From Fibrobacteria bacterium (GTDB taxonomy: Bacteria; Fibrobacterota; Fibrobacteria; UBA11236; JADFYW01), in the NCBI GenBank assembly GCA_050294405.1, contig JBNKOC010000032.1:61677-93676 (forward strand): a stretch of 32,000 nucleotides of DNA, read 5' to 3'. Below, in pieces: positions 11,101-21,212 of the stretch (its first letter is position 1; every line of letters begins with the position of its first letter). A model generated the notes under the pieces. That model was given only the letters and a program-made list of their open reading frames with translations, searched no databases and had not been told where the DNA came from. The position numbers were made by a program, and so were the translations under genes.

Positions 11101-12591
11101 ATGGTAATGGATATTATTTTTGGATTATATGTTGTGGCCGCCCTCGGTCTATTTATTTACGGAACCAATTGTTACTGGCTCCTTACCGTTTTTTTACGAA
11201 ACAAACGCCGCGAGGTGGTGTTCGATAAAAAAATCGTTCGCAACTTTTACAAAAAGAACAGCGAAGACAAACTTCCCTATGTCACTACCCAGCTTCCGGT
11301 CTATAACGAAGCCAATGTGGTGGAAAGGTTAATCCATGCTGTTTGCGCCATGGAATATCCAAAAGACAAACACGAAATTCAGGTTTTAGACGATTCCACA
11401 GATGGCTCTGAGGACATCGCCGCTGCTATCGTAAAAGAATACAGGGAAAAAGGTTATAACATTCACCATGTTCGCCGTAAAAACCGTGTGGATTATAAAG
11501 CTGGAGCTTTAAATTACGGTATGTCTTTTTGCAAAGGCGAATTCATCGCCATTTTTGATGCGGACTTTGTGCCTCCTAAAGATTATTTGGTTAAAGCTGT
11601 GCCCTTCTTTTACGAAGATCCTAAAATTTGCTTGGTACAAGCCCGTTGGGGACATTTGAACCCCTATCAATCTCCATTAACATTGGCTCAATCCATCGGT
11701 ATCGACGGCCACTTTATTATTGAGCAAAGCGCCCGTTCCTGGGGACGCTTATTTATGAATTTTAACGGCACAGCTGGTATCTGGCGCAAATACGCCATTG
11801 AAAATGCAGGCGGTTGGCAAGGCGACACTTTAACAGAAGACATGGATCTTTCCTACAGGGCTCAAATCAAAGGATGGAAAATGAAATTCCTTTACGATTT
11901 AGTGGTTCCCGCGGAATTGCCAGCTAACATCAACGCTTTTAAATCGCAACAGTATCGTTGGGCAAAAGGCTCTATCCAAACCGCCATGAAATTGCTGCCC
12001 GAAGTGGTGATGAGCCGCGAATCATTGGCTGTAAAAATCCAGTCTTTTTTGCATACCACCCATTATTTAATACATCCATTGATGTTATTAACAGCATTGC
12101 TGGCCACTCCCCTACTGGTGTTTTATCCGGTAAAATTGGGAACTTACAGCTTCGCCATGGTATGTATGTTAATATTGGTTAGCTCTATGGCTCCCTCTAT
12201 ATTATATATGGTGGCCCAGCGGGTTTCCAGCACCAACTGGAAAAAACGCTTGCCTGTATTGCCGGTGCTTATGTCTGTAGGGGTTGGAATTGCCTTTAAC
12301 AACACTCTGGCGGTATTGTCTGCCTTAAGCGGACGCAAAGGAGCTTTTATCAGGACTCCTAAGGCTGGCGACAAAGTCGTAAAATCTTACAAATCCAAAC
12401 TGCCCTTTGGCTCATTAGCGGAGCTCTTTCTGGGGGCTTATTGTTTCCTTGGTTTGATTATATATATCGACGCCAAAAAGTATTTGGTTGGCCCTTTCTT
12501 AGGCCTCTACGCCGTTGGTTTTACCATTGTTGGCTGCATTTCCATTTTCCATCACATCAGGCCTTACATTGGAAAAAAAGCCGAAGCTTAA
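11101..12591 (+). CDS. Processive family-2 glycosyltransferase (cellulose synthase/glucomannan synthase-like), membrane
   Basis: DDSTDGSED, FDADFVPP, TEDMDLSYRAQ, QQYRWAKG (QxxRW) motifs and C-terminal TM helices. Confidence 0.92.
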   Translation: MVMDIIFGLYVVAALGLFIYGTNCYWLLTVFLRNKRREVVFDKKIVRNFYKKNSEDKLPYVTTQLPVYNEANVVERLIHAVCAMEYPKDKHEIQVLDDSTDGSEDIAAAIVKEYREKGYNIHHVRRKNRVDYKAGALNYGMSFCKGEFIAIFDADFVPPKDYLVKAVPFFYEDPKICLVQARWGHLNPYQSPLTLAQSIGIDGHFIIEQSARSWGRLFMNFNGTAGIWRKYAIENAGGWQGDTLTEDMDLSYRAQIKGWKMKFLYDLVVPAELPANINAFKSQQYRWAKGSIQTAMKLLPEVVMSRESLAVKIQSFLHTTHYLIHPLMLLTALLATPLLVFYPVKLGTYSFAMVCMLILVSSMAPSILYMVAQRVSSTNWKKRLPVLPVLMSVGVGIAFNNTLAVLSALSGRKGAFIRTPKAGDKVVKSYKSKLPFGSLAELFLGAYCFLGLIIYIDAKKYLVGPFLGLYAVGFTIVGCISIFHHIRPYIGKKAEA

Positions 12592-13318
12592 TACACAAAT
12601 AAGTAAGAAGAAATTTTTAGAGCTGCGGCCCAAAACCGCAGCTTCTTTTTTGGCCAAAAAGTTAAAATTCGCTCTGGAGCAAAAAGACAAAGCCAGCCTC
12701 GAAAACTTTTCCGAACTAGCCTCTTTGCTGGATTACGCTGCGCATATCCCCAGTAATTTTGAAGAGGCCTATTATTTTTTGCTGGATAAAGCCGGGCACA
12801 ATTTCGGACCTTTGCGGTTGCATACTGCTTTTCGCGATTTAGCTCTGCCGCGACATCCTCCTATAAGCTGGAAAGTAGCCCTTAACTCCTTTCGTTCCGG
12901 GCACAATGTGGGGAGCGTTTTTCGCCTGGCTGATGCTTTTTGTTTTGAAGAAATTCTCTTGGGAGGCTATTGCCCTGGACCGGAAAACAAAGCGGTGGCT
13001 GCAGCAGCCATGGGAGCCGAGGCCTATGTACCATTTAAAAAAGAAATGGATTTGGCAGCTTTTTTAAAAAGTTATGCCAAGGAATACCCCCTATTTGCTC
13101 TGGAAATTGCAGAGGACGCCCTGGAGTTGGGAAAGTGGAACCCTCCTCCGAAAGGAATTTTACTTTTAGGAAACGAAGAGCGTGGAATTGAAAAATCCTG
13201 CCTCAAACTATGTGAAAAAATCATAAAAATCCCCCTTTACGGTCGCAAACACAGCCTCAATGTTTCCACCTCCTTTGCCATAGCTGCACAGCATATTTTT
13301 GCCAGCATGGACCATTAA
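12515..13318 (+). CDS. TrmH/SpoU-family RNA 2'-O-methyltransferase (start codon uncertain)
   Basis: NSFRSGHNVGSVFRLADAF, LLLGNEERGIEKSCL and IPLYGRKHSLNVSTSFAIAA motifs 1-3. The 5' part overlaps the upstream gene by 77 nt. Confidence 0.88.
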   Translation: MVLPLLAAFPFSITSGLTLEKKPKLNTQISKKKFLELRPKTAASFLAKKLKFALEQKDKASLENFSELASLLDYAAHIPSNFEEAYYFLLDKAGHNFGPLRLHTAFRDLALPRHPPISWKVALNSFRSGHNVGSVFRLADAFCFEEILLGGYCPGPENKAVAAAAMGAEAYVPFKKEMDLAAFLKSYAKEYPLFALEIAEDALELGKWNPPPKGILLLGNEERGIEKSCLKLCEKIIKIPLYGRKHSLNVSTSFAIAAQHIFASMDH

Positions 13319-13363
13319 ACTTATCTTGTAGGCAATTAAACTGCAAAAAAAGGATGTAACTCT

Positions 13364-14734
13364 TTGTCTGAACAAGAATCCACAGAGTCCATAAATATTA
13401 TTGAGCCGGATCCGGCTCGACCCGATTACGAAATCGGCGAACTAAACTCCCAAATTCGGGAAAATATTGAACAAATGGGATGGAATTCCCTGAATCTGGT
13501 TCAAAAAAAGGCCATACCCTACATTATGGCTGGCGAAAATTTAATCGTCCAGTCCAAAACTGGTTCGGGAAAAACAGGAGCCTTTGCTATTCCCCTGCTC
13601 CAAATTGTAGAGCCTGAACACAGGGCTCCCCAGGCAATTGTCCTGGTCCCCACTCGCGAGCTAGCGGTACAGGTTTCCGAAGAGTTTCTAAAACTGGCTC
13701 AGGGAATGGGAATCGAGTGCCTTGCCATTTACGGTGGCGTGGGATACAAGTCCCAATTAGACGCCCTTAAAGCTGGAGTTCATGTTATTGTGGGCACTCC
13801 TGGCCGTATATTAGATCATTTGATGAACAATAATCTTAAACTGGATTCCATTCGGGATTTGGTTTTAGACGAAGCGGATGAAATGCTTTCCATGGGTTTT
13901 TATCCGGACATGAAAAAAATTGCCCGCTACATGCCCAAAGGGGTTTGCGCTTATATGTTCTCGGCCACGATGGGCGTTAACGTAAAACGGTTGGGCCATG
14001 AATTTTTAAACCAGCCCAAATACTTAAACCTCTCTCCCAGCAGCCATTCTGTGGCAAAAATGGATCGCATATATTACAAGGTCCCCGCCATGGAAAAGGA
14101 CAAAGCTCTGCTAAGAATTATAGAAGTTGAAAACCCCGATTCTGGAATCATCTTTTGCAACACCAAAAAAGATGTTTCTTATCTGTTCGAATTTTTATCA
14201 TCGCGAGGGTTGCCTGTGGGCATGATGTCCGGCGATATGAATCAGGGCGCCCGCGAAAAAGTGTTAAAAAAATTAAAAGCAAAAGAACTCAATCTATTAG
14301 TAGCCACTGATATTGCTGCCCGAGGCATTGATGTGAGCAATCTAACCCATGTCTTTATGTACGATCACCCCGATGATCCCGAAGTATACATCCACCGAAG
14401 TGGAAGGACAGCAAGGGCGGGCAACCGAGGCCTGGCCATTTCTCTGGTAACGGAAATTGAAGAAATTTCTTTAAAAACCACTGCGCTTCAATTTGGAATT
14501 CAATTTATTGAAAAAAAATTAAAGGATGACGCCGAATTCAATGAAATAGTTCACCAAAGGGCCATCGCCTACATCGAGAGAGAATGGCGGGATTTAAAAA
14601 AATTCCAAAAGGAGCGTTCCAAGGATATGGTGCCCCTGGTAGATAAAATTTGCGAATCCCCTGAAGACAAAGAGGCCTTGGGAGTTTTACTTTATCAAAT
14701 GTATTGGAAACATTTTGTTTCAAAAGAAGAATAA
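13364..14734 (+). CDS. DEAD-box RNA helicase (DeaD/CshA-like)
   Basis: QSKTGSGKTGAFAIP, PTRELAVQ, VLDEADEML, SAT, HRSGRTARAG motifs. Confidence 0.97.
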   Translation: MSEQESTESINIIEPDPARPDYEIGELNSQIRENIEQMGWNSLNLVQKKAIPYIMAGENLIVQSKTGSGKTGAFAIPLLQIVEPEHRAPQAIVLVPTRELAVQVSEEFLKLAQGMGIECLAIYGGVGYKSQLDALKAGVHVIVGTPGRILDHLMNNNLKLDSIRDLVLDEADEMLSMGFYPDMKKIARYMPKGVCAYMFSATMGVNVKRLGHEFLNQPKYLNLSPSSHSVAKMDRIYYKVPAMEKDKALLRIIEVENPDSGIIFCNTKKDVSYLFEFLSSRGLPVGMMSGDMNQGAREKVLKKLKAKELNLLVATDIAARGIDVSNLTHVFMYDHPDDPEVYIHRSGRTARAGNRGLAISLVTEIEEISLKTTALQFGIQFIEKKLKDDAEFNEIVHQRAIAYIEREWRDLKKFQKERSKDMVPLVDKICESPEDKEALGVLLYQMYWKHFVSKEE

Positions 14735-14739
14735 TCTCC

Positions 14740-15513
14740 ATGAGAAAAAAACGTGACATGATACATATTAAATCAGCCAAAGAAATTGACTTATTGAGGA
14801 AAAGCGGAAAGTTGGCTGCTCATATTTTAAGAGAAGCCGCAAACTTTGCCAAAGAAGGCGTGACCACAGATGAAATCAACAGCTTGGTGCACAAACTAAC
14901 TGTAGACGCCGGAGCCTACCCCTCCCCTCTTAATTATCACGGCTATCCCAAATCAGTTTGTACTTCGGTAAATGAAGTGGTGACTCATGGCATTCCGGGA
15001 GATTATGTGCTAAAAAATGGGGATATCGTAAATATCGATGTTACTTGCAATTTAAACGGCTACCACGGAGACACCTCCAAAATTGTGATAATTGGCGAGG
15101 CGGACCCCGACGTGGTGGAATTGGTGAATGTAACCAAGCGCTGCCTCATGGAAGGCATAAAAGCGGTAGAAGTGGGTGGATATATCAGCGATATTGGCAG
15201 CGCCATACATGATATTGCCGATGATTACGGCTACGGGGTGGTGCGCGACTATTGTGGCCATGGAATTGGGCGCAATTTTCACGAAGAGCCCTTGGTATTG
15301 CATTACAGAACATCCAGAAGAGGACCTAGAATCAGTGAGGGAATGGTTTTCACTATTGAGCCTATGATAAACCAAGGCAGCCATGAAACCGTTTTGCTGG
15401 ATGATGGATGGACTGTAGTAACGAGAGATGGCGGCATTTCCGCGCAATTTGAACATACATTAGCCGTTACATCGGACGGAGTGGAAATCCTAACGGACGA
15501 TCCAGAGTATTGA
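14740..15513 (+). CDS. map: Methionine aminopeptidase type I
   Basis: NEVVTHGIPG, GDIVNIDVT, GHGIGRNFHEEP, FTIEPMIN motifs. Starts at 14740 or 14758 are more plausible than the track start 14704, which overlaps the helicase. Confidence 0.95.
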   Translation: MRKKRDMIHIKSAKEIDLLRKSGKLAAHILREAANFAKEGVTTDEINSLVHKLTVDAGAYPSPLNYHGYPKSVCTSVNEVVTHGIPGDYVLKNGDIVNIDVTCNLNGYHGDTSKIVIIGEADPDVVELVNVTKRCLMEGIKAVEVGGYISDIGSAIHDIADDYGYGVVRDYCGHGIGRNFHEEPLVLHYRTSRRGPRISEGMVFTIEPMINQGSHETVLLDDGWTVVTRDGGISAQFEHTLAVTSDGVEILTDDPEY

Positions 15514-15677
15514 TTTTAGGGAAATAATCTTAAAATTTATTCATCTCCTGGTTTTTCAATTCAAAATAAATTTGAATTACTTGCATTTTGCAAAGTCGGT
15601 GGTTAACTTTTTTATTACTATAATTTGGCTACCCGATTGGAAACTAAAAATTAGCTAGTCAATAACTGAACCTGTAT

Positions 15678-17426
15678 ATGAACCGGTTTATGGTAATGCT
15701 AAATATCAGATCCCAACTTTTCTTTGGTTTATTATCCTTTAGTATAATGTTTTTAATGTGGGGATGTCTTTCCACTTCTCCCGAGGCTGAAACCGACAGC
15801 CCTAATACCAAAAAATCATCCATTGCTCGATTAAGCAGCCTTGTTATCAATGGTGTTTCAGTAACATCAAATAGCGACAGCATCCCATTAATAAATCAGA
15901 TGAAAATAAGAAGCAATGTGTCAAATATTATCATAACCCCCACATCCGCACAATCAGCAGCCAGTATCACAATTAATGGCCTTCCAGTTGCTTCAGGAAC
16001 TCCATCCCAGCCCATTGCTATCCAGGAAAAGGAAGAAATCATTACCATTATTGTGACAGCGGAAGACAATGTTACGGAACAATCATACGCTATCCAGATA
16101 ATCAGAATGAGTAACAATGCTAATATCACTCAAGTAAACTTTTCCACAGGAAGTTCTGTCAATTTTAACGCCAGCGACAGCTTGTTCGTTTATTCCATTT
16201 CCAGCACAGATCCCATTGGTTTTGAACCTATTGCCGAGAACGAATTTGCAAACGTACAGGTAGACGGTTTGCCGTTAAAAGAAAATGGCTTTTCCCCGAC
16301 TTTAAATGTACAAATTGGAGATACCGTTGTTATTAAATCCGTATCAGAGGATCGCTCGAACACCAAAAAATATTATCTGGTAAGAGTTGGTTGGATAGCG
16401 GTCGGAATTGAGGGCTTTTCAAACCAGCGAATTTATGAAACAAGTTTGCAAATAAATACTTTAGGAGAACTATATACGGCCTACGCTAGCAGCCCAACTG
16501 ACAATGCCTCACTTAAGCCAACAGTTCAACAATTTATTGGAACCAACTGGGAAAATATTGGTCAGTCAGAGTTTACAAATTCTCCTATTTCTGATTTTTC
16601 CTATTTGTTACATGAAGACACCCATTACATTGCCTTTTTGGACAGAACCACTCCGTATAGGGTCTCTGTTATGAAGTTTGACGGAGCAAATTGGTTTTTT
16701 TTGGGAGTACCCAGAATATCTTATGGAAATGCAAGCGATATTTCTTTAACAACAGATGGAACAAGTGTCTTTGTGGGGTATAGCGATCATGACATTTCAT
16801 TGGATAAAAAAATTTTAGTGCAAAAATTTGATGGAAACAGCTGGGATACGGTAGGCACTCCCGGTTTTTCAAATGGAATTGCTAGTGATATCAAACTTCA
16901 GTTTCATAACCAAATACTTTATGCCGGATATTCCGATAATAGCTTAGGAGGAAAACCAACTCTAAAAAGTTTTAATGGTACCCAATGGATAAATGTTGGG
17001 GAAGAAGAAATTTCAGAAGGTGCAGCCACCGATATTCAATTTGCCATTTCGAAATCTGGCATTCCTTTTGTGGCTTATTTGGAAAGTAATGAAGGAAATA
17101 CTGTTTCGGTGAAACAATTTGACGGTAGCAAGTGGATATATGTGGGAAGCCGGGGTTTTTCTTCAGGAAGTGCCGATTACTTAAGCTTGGCTTTAGATGG
17201 TGAAGTTCCTTATGTTGCTTACCAGGATTTAGAGTCATTAAGCAAAATTACAGTTCAAAAATTTAATGGAAGCGAATGGGAAAAAATTGGAAATTCCTTT
17301 TCCATTAACGGTGGTGAGCATATTAGTCTTGCCGTCTATAGTCAGGTACCTTATGTGCTTTATAGCGATATCGCAAATAATTACAAGGCCACAGTAGTGG
17401 AGTTTTTTAATCCATTATACCAGTAA
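15678..17426 (+). CDS. Lipoprotein with cadherin-like beta-sandwich region(s) and repeated FDG.W..VG beta-propeller-like units
   Basis: Lipobox near the N-terminus (IMFLMWGCLS; start may be the ATG at 15684), ARLSSLVINGV...EQSYAIQIIR block, then repeated FNG/FDG-x-x-W-x-x-(V/I)G units. Confidence 0.65.
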   Translation: MNRFMVMLNIRSQLFFGLLSFSIMFLMWGCLSTSPEAETDSPNTKKSSIARLSSLVINGVSVTSNSDSIPLINQMKIRSNVSNIIITPTSAQSAASITINGLPVASGTPSQPIAIQEKEEIITIIVTAEDNVTEQSYAIQIIRMSNNANITQVNFSTGSSVNFNASDSLFVYSISSTDPIGFEPIAENEFANVQVDGLPLKENGFSPTLNVQIGDTVVIKSVSEDRSNTKKYYLVRVGWIAVGIEGFSNQRIYETSLQINTLGELYTAYASSPTDNASLKPTVQQFIGTNWENIGQSEFTNSPISDFSYLLHEDTHYIAFLDRTTPYRVSVMKFDGANWFFLGVPRISYGNASDISLTTDGTSVFVGYSDHDISLDKKILVQKFDGNSWDTVGTPGFSNGIASDIKLQFHNQILYAGYSDNSLGGKPTLKSFNGTQWINVGEEEISEGAATDIQFAISKSGIPFVAYLESNEGNTVSVKQFDGSKWIYVGSRGFSSGSADYLSLALDGEVPYVAYQDLESLSKITVQKFNGSEWEKIGNSFSINGGEHISLAVYSQVPYVLYSDIANNYKATVVEFFNPLYQ

Positions 17427-17501
17427 AAATATTAGCGGGTTTATTCTTTTAAGGGAATATTCTAACTTTAATTTGGTAGAATTGGCCCGCAGGAGAATAA
17501 A

Positions 17502-18149
17502 ATGAAAACAGCCACCATCTTTAGAAAAATAAGTTTCGCAGTTCTGCTATTGATGTTAGTGCTTGGAACTCAGCCCATATTTGCTGAAGGCGATGGAGAA
17601 TCTCAAAACTCTTCTTCAAAATCTAAAATCCATCATACGGTGGAAATGTCTCCTCTAAGCCCTCTTTCAGGGATATATGCCATGTCCTATTCTTTAACTG
17701 CTGGTAAAAATGGATTTGGTTTAATTGGGGGGCCTATTTGGTCACCCGTATCCACAGCAAAGGCCACAGGTTACATTGGCGGAGCCTTCTATGTCCGCAA
17801 TTTTGAATACTTTGAACAAGACCCAAATTTCATAGGAGCAGCCCTGGTTTATTACAACATGGAAGGAACTTACAAAGTTGGCAGTGAAGAAACCTTTAAA
17901 GCGGGTTTAGAAGCCACTGTAGCTTCTTTAAGTATTTTTTACGGAAATGCCTACGTATGGAAAAATGGCTTTAGTATGAGCTGGAGACTTGGTGTGGCCA
18001 TCCCCCTTCAATGGGATTACAAATGGGAAAACCTGGAAAATACCCCGGACAAGCAATTTAAAGACGACACAGAAACTTTTGAAACAATTTCAAAGGTTTT
18101 TTCCACAATATTAGGCGGTTCCGGTTGGAATATCGGCTGGTCTTTTTAA
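17502..18149 (+). CDS. Hypothetical secreted/outer-membrane protein
   Basis: Signal peptide (ISFAVLLLMLVLGTQPIFA) and alternating aromatic/glycine-rich strands; follows the lipoprotein on the same strand. Confidence 0.5.
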   Translation: MKTATIFRKISFAVLLLMLVLGTQPIFAEGDGESQNSSSKSKIHHTVEMSPLSPLSGIYAMSYSLTAGKNGFGLIGGPIWSPVSTAKATGYIGGAFYVRNFEYFEQDPNFIGAALVYYNMEGTYKVGSEETFKAGLEATVASLSIFYGNAYVWKNGFSMSWRLGVAIPLQWDYKWENLENTPDKQFKDDTETFETISKVFSTILGGSGWNIGWSF

Positions 18150-18193
18150 GAGCTTTATAATTTGCCGTTTAATGGCAAATCCATTAGACGATG

Positions 18194-18637
18194 TTAATTG
18201 CCCTGCTTTTCAGCTCTTTTTTGGCGTAGGCGATATAAATCGTCTAGTTGAATGTGAAAACCCTGGCCATCATCATCCACAATACCATTTTGAATTAAAA
18301 ACTCCAGGGACTCTATGGCCTTATCCAATTCTCTGCGGTTGCGGTAATAAGTTACCAGGCTTTTAATCTGGCTTCCCACAAACTTGGAATTGTAGTCGTA
18401 GTTTTTAATGGTTTTGCGGAAAAAACTAAGGATGTATTGAGCCAAAAATTCCTTGTCCATTTTACAACGTGATTCCCGAAGTTTAAAAGAAAGCAAATCC
18501 AAAAACTCATGAGTCCACTCTATTTTGGTATAGGCGTTTATGGACGATTTTTGGAATTCCTCAAAACGTTCGAAAACAGTTACATCTTCGTTGCGTAAGG
18601 CTTCTAAATAGTCGGCATCAAATTCTTCTTTTGTCAT
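18194..18637 (-). CDS. Hypothetical protein (alpha-helical)
   Basis: ATG at 18637 (MTKEEFDADYLEAL...) is preceded by AAGGAAA SD-like sequence; track start 18664 is longer. Confidence 0.55.
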   Translation of the reverse strand: MTKEEFDADYLEALRNEDVTVFERFEEFQKSSINAYTKIEWTHEFLDLLSFKLRESRCKMDKEFLAQYILSFFRKTIKNYDYNSKFVGSQIKSLVTYYRNRRELDKAIESLEFLIQNGIVDDDGQGFHIQLDDLYRLRQKRAEKQGN

Positions 18638-18797
18638 ACAACTTTCCTCAAGTCTATGTAGCAATTTAAATCAAAATGACTTAAAAAAGGAATTAAAAAA
18701 CGGGATAAAAAAATATATGTTAAAGGCAGCAATGGATTCAAGGGCGAAAGGTTTTTTCAGGCGAATTTCAGCCATTTTTCTTTTATAAGCAATTTTT

Positions 18798-20213
18798 ATG
18801 GACAATTCCGATTCCAAACTTTCCATTTTAATCGTGGACGATGAGGCTTCCACAGCCCAGAGCCTGAAAATTATCCTGGAGGAATATGGCCATCAGGTGC
18901 TTATTGCCGAAAACGGTGAAGAAGCATTGGAGCAAATCCCCAAAAGTTCGTTTAACTTGGTTATAACCGATTTGGTCATGCCTGGTATGGATGGCTTTGC
19001 CCTGGTAAAACGCATTAAAGAAAAGTTTCCTTCACTAATGGTTTTTATTTTTTCCGGCCACGACTCCTTTTCCATGGCCCGTAAAGCCTTAAAGCTCGGT
19101 GCCGATGATTTTCTTCTAAAACCCCTAGATCCCGATCAACTCAATATTGCCCTGGAGCAGGCCATTTTAAAAATGGACCTAAAAAACCGCCTGGAAAATT
19201 TGGGAAAACTGGTGGAGCGAAATTACGGCCCAGCCAACATTGTGGGTACCAGCAAATCCATGCAAGAGGTTTTCCGGTTAATTGACCGGGCCACCCAAAG
19301 CAGGGCTAATGTTTTGATCCACGGCGAGAGCGGTACGGGCAAAGAATTGGTGGCCAGAGCCATTTACAGTAAAAACGCCAGCCAAAAACACAATTTTGTG
19401 AGCGTAAACTGTTGCGCCATTTCTGAGGGTCTTATTGAAAGCGAATTGTTCGGCCATGTGCGCGGGGCTTTTTCCGGAGCCATCTCCGATAGAGAGGGAT
19501 TATTCGAAATGGCCAACAATGGCACCATTTTTTTAGATGAAATTGGAGACATTAGTCTAAACATCCAGACCAAGTTGCTTCGGGTCCTCCAGGAAGGAGA
19601 AGTGAGACGGGTTGGAGAAAACAAAATGCGCAATGTTAATGTGCGCGTTATTGCCGCCACCAACAAAAACCTGGAAAATGCTGTTAAAGAAGGCGGCTTC
19701 CGGGAAGATTTGTTTTACCGGCTCAATGTTATTCCCATTTTCTTACCTTCTCTCAAGGAGAGAAAAAGCGACATTCCTCTTTTAGTGTCTCACTTCTTAA
19801 GAAAGTATTCCGATATATCCCAAAACAAACGCTTTTCTCCAGAGGCCCTGGTTTTCCTGCAAAATTATCCTTTTCCTGGAAATATAAGGGAGCTTGAAAA
19901 TATTGTGCAAAGAGCCATGTCTCTGGCTGCCAGCGACACTATCAGCCGGGAGGAGTTGGAGTCTTATATACAATTTGAACCCCAAAGTTCCATTGCCTCC
20001 GGGGGCAATGTAAGTTTATCTGGTTTAAAATACGAGGAAATGAAAGCTGCCCTGGATGAAATGGAGCGAAATTACTTAATTGAATCGCTGGTAGAATCAC
20101 AAGGCAATGTTATTGCAGCGGCTAAAACAATAGATATCAGTCGCACAGCCTTTCACAATAAAATTGCCAAACACAAAATTGATTTGGGGCAAATCAGGCA
20201 AAGTTACGACTAG
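18798..20213 (+). CDS. Sigma54-dependent (NtrC/AtoC-type) response regulator
   Basis: Receiver DDEASTAQSL...VITDLVMPGMDG, AAA+ GESGTGKELVARAIY, ESELFGHVRGAFSGA, GTIFLDEIGD, C-terminal Fis-like HTH. Confidence 0.96.
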   Translation: MDNSDSKLSILIVDDEASTAQSLKIILEEYGHQVLIAENGEEALEQIPKSSFNLVITDLVMPGMDGFALVKRIKEKFPSLMVFIFSGHDSFSMARKALKLGADDFLLKPLDPDQLNIALEQAILKMDLKNRLENLGKLVERNYGPANIVGTSKSMQEVFRLIDRATQSRANVLIHGESGTGKELVARAIYSKNASQKHNFVSVNCCAISEGLIESELFGHVRGAFSGAISDREGLFEMANNGTIFLDEIGDISLNIQTKLLRVLQEGEVRRVGENKMRNVNVRVIAATNKNLENAVKEGGFREDLFYRLNVIPIFLPSLKERKSDIPLLVSHFLRKYSDISQNKRFSPEALVFLQNYPFPGNIRELENIVQRAMSLAASDTISREELESYIQFEPQSSIASGGNVSLSGLKYEEMKAALDEMERNYLIESLVESQGNVIAAAKTIDISRTAFHNKIAKHKIDLGQIRQSYD

Positions 20214-21212
20214 ATGTTTCTCGACCAATCTGTAATTGACTTTAAAAGCGGCGATGGCGGCGGCGGTATGAAACATTTCCGCAGAAGCCGTAACAACCCT
20301 AAAGGCGGACCCGATGGAGGGGATGGCGGCAGAGGCGGCCATATAATTTTAATAACATCGGAAAACCTCCACACCCTGTATGACATGAATCAAAAGCGCA
20401 AGTTTAAAGCCCAAAACGGAGATAGAGGTGGCCCCAACTTTGTGAAAGGAAAAGATGGTTCCGATATTATTCTGGAAATTCCAGTAGGAACTCTTATTAA
20501 AAATGCGGAAACTCTGGAAGTCATAGCCGATTTGGACAAACCGGGAATGCGCTACACGCTGTTAAAAGGAGGCCAGGGAGGTATTGGCAATGCCCAGTTT
20601 AAAAACTCTCGTATTCGAGCTCCTGAAACAGCCACCCCGGGTGGAAAAGGCCAACATCTATTGGTGCAGTTGGAGCTTAAGCTATTGGCGGATTGCGGGC
20701 TGGTGGGTTATCCCAATGCAGGAAAAAGCTCTTTGGTTAGAGCCCTTTCCAACGCCACACCAAAAGTGGGAGATTTCCCTTTTACCACCTTAAAACCTTC
20801 CCTGGGAATTGTAAAAGTCTCCCCCCATGAGAGTTTTGTTTTGGCGGATATACCTGGTATTATTGAAGGCGCCGCAGAGGGCCGTGGATTGGGAAACCAG
20901 TTCCTCCGCCACATAGAAAGATCGGGCTGTCTGGCATTTGTTTTAGACCCCAGCACAAAACCACTCTACCAACAATATAAAGAGCTGGTTACAGAGCTAA
21001 GAAACTACCAGCCTTCTCTGCTTTCACGACCTCGCCTTATTGTGGTAAACAAAATGGATTTAGGGGAGCCTGAAATCGAAAAGGAACTGGAAAGGGAGCC
21101 CTATCCCCTGGTAAAAACATCCACCTTGTCTCAAATTGGGCTTAGCGATTTTAGCCGCGCGGCCTGGGAACTGATTAAGCCCAAAAAAGAAGAAAGCGCC
21201 TGGAGTAATTAA
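20214..21212 (+). CDS. obgE: GTPase Obg/CgtA
   Basis: Obg fold DFKSGDGGGGMKHFRR, G1 GYPNAGKSSLVRAL, DIPGIIEGAAEGRGLG, NKMD. Confidence 0.97.
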   Translation: MFLDQSVIDFKSGDGGGGMKHFRRSRNNPKGGPDGGDGGRGGHIILITSENLHTLYDMNQKRKFKAQNGDRGGPNFVKGKDGSDIILEIPVGTLIKNAETLEVIADLDKPGMRYTLLKGGQGGIGNAQFKNSRIRAPETATPGGKGQHLLVQLELKLLADCGLVGYPNAGKSSLVRALSNATPKVGDFPFTTLKPSLGIVKVSPHESFVLADIPGIIEGAAEGRGLGNQFLRHIERSGCLAFVLDPSTKPLYQQYKELVTELRNYQPSLLSRPRLIVVNKMDLGEPEIEKELEREPYPLVKTSTLSQIGLSDFSRAAWELIKPKKEESAWSN

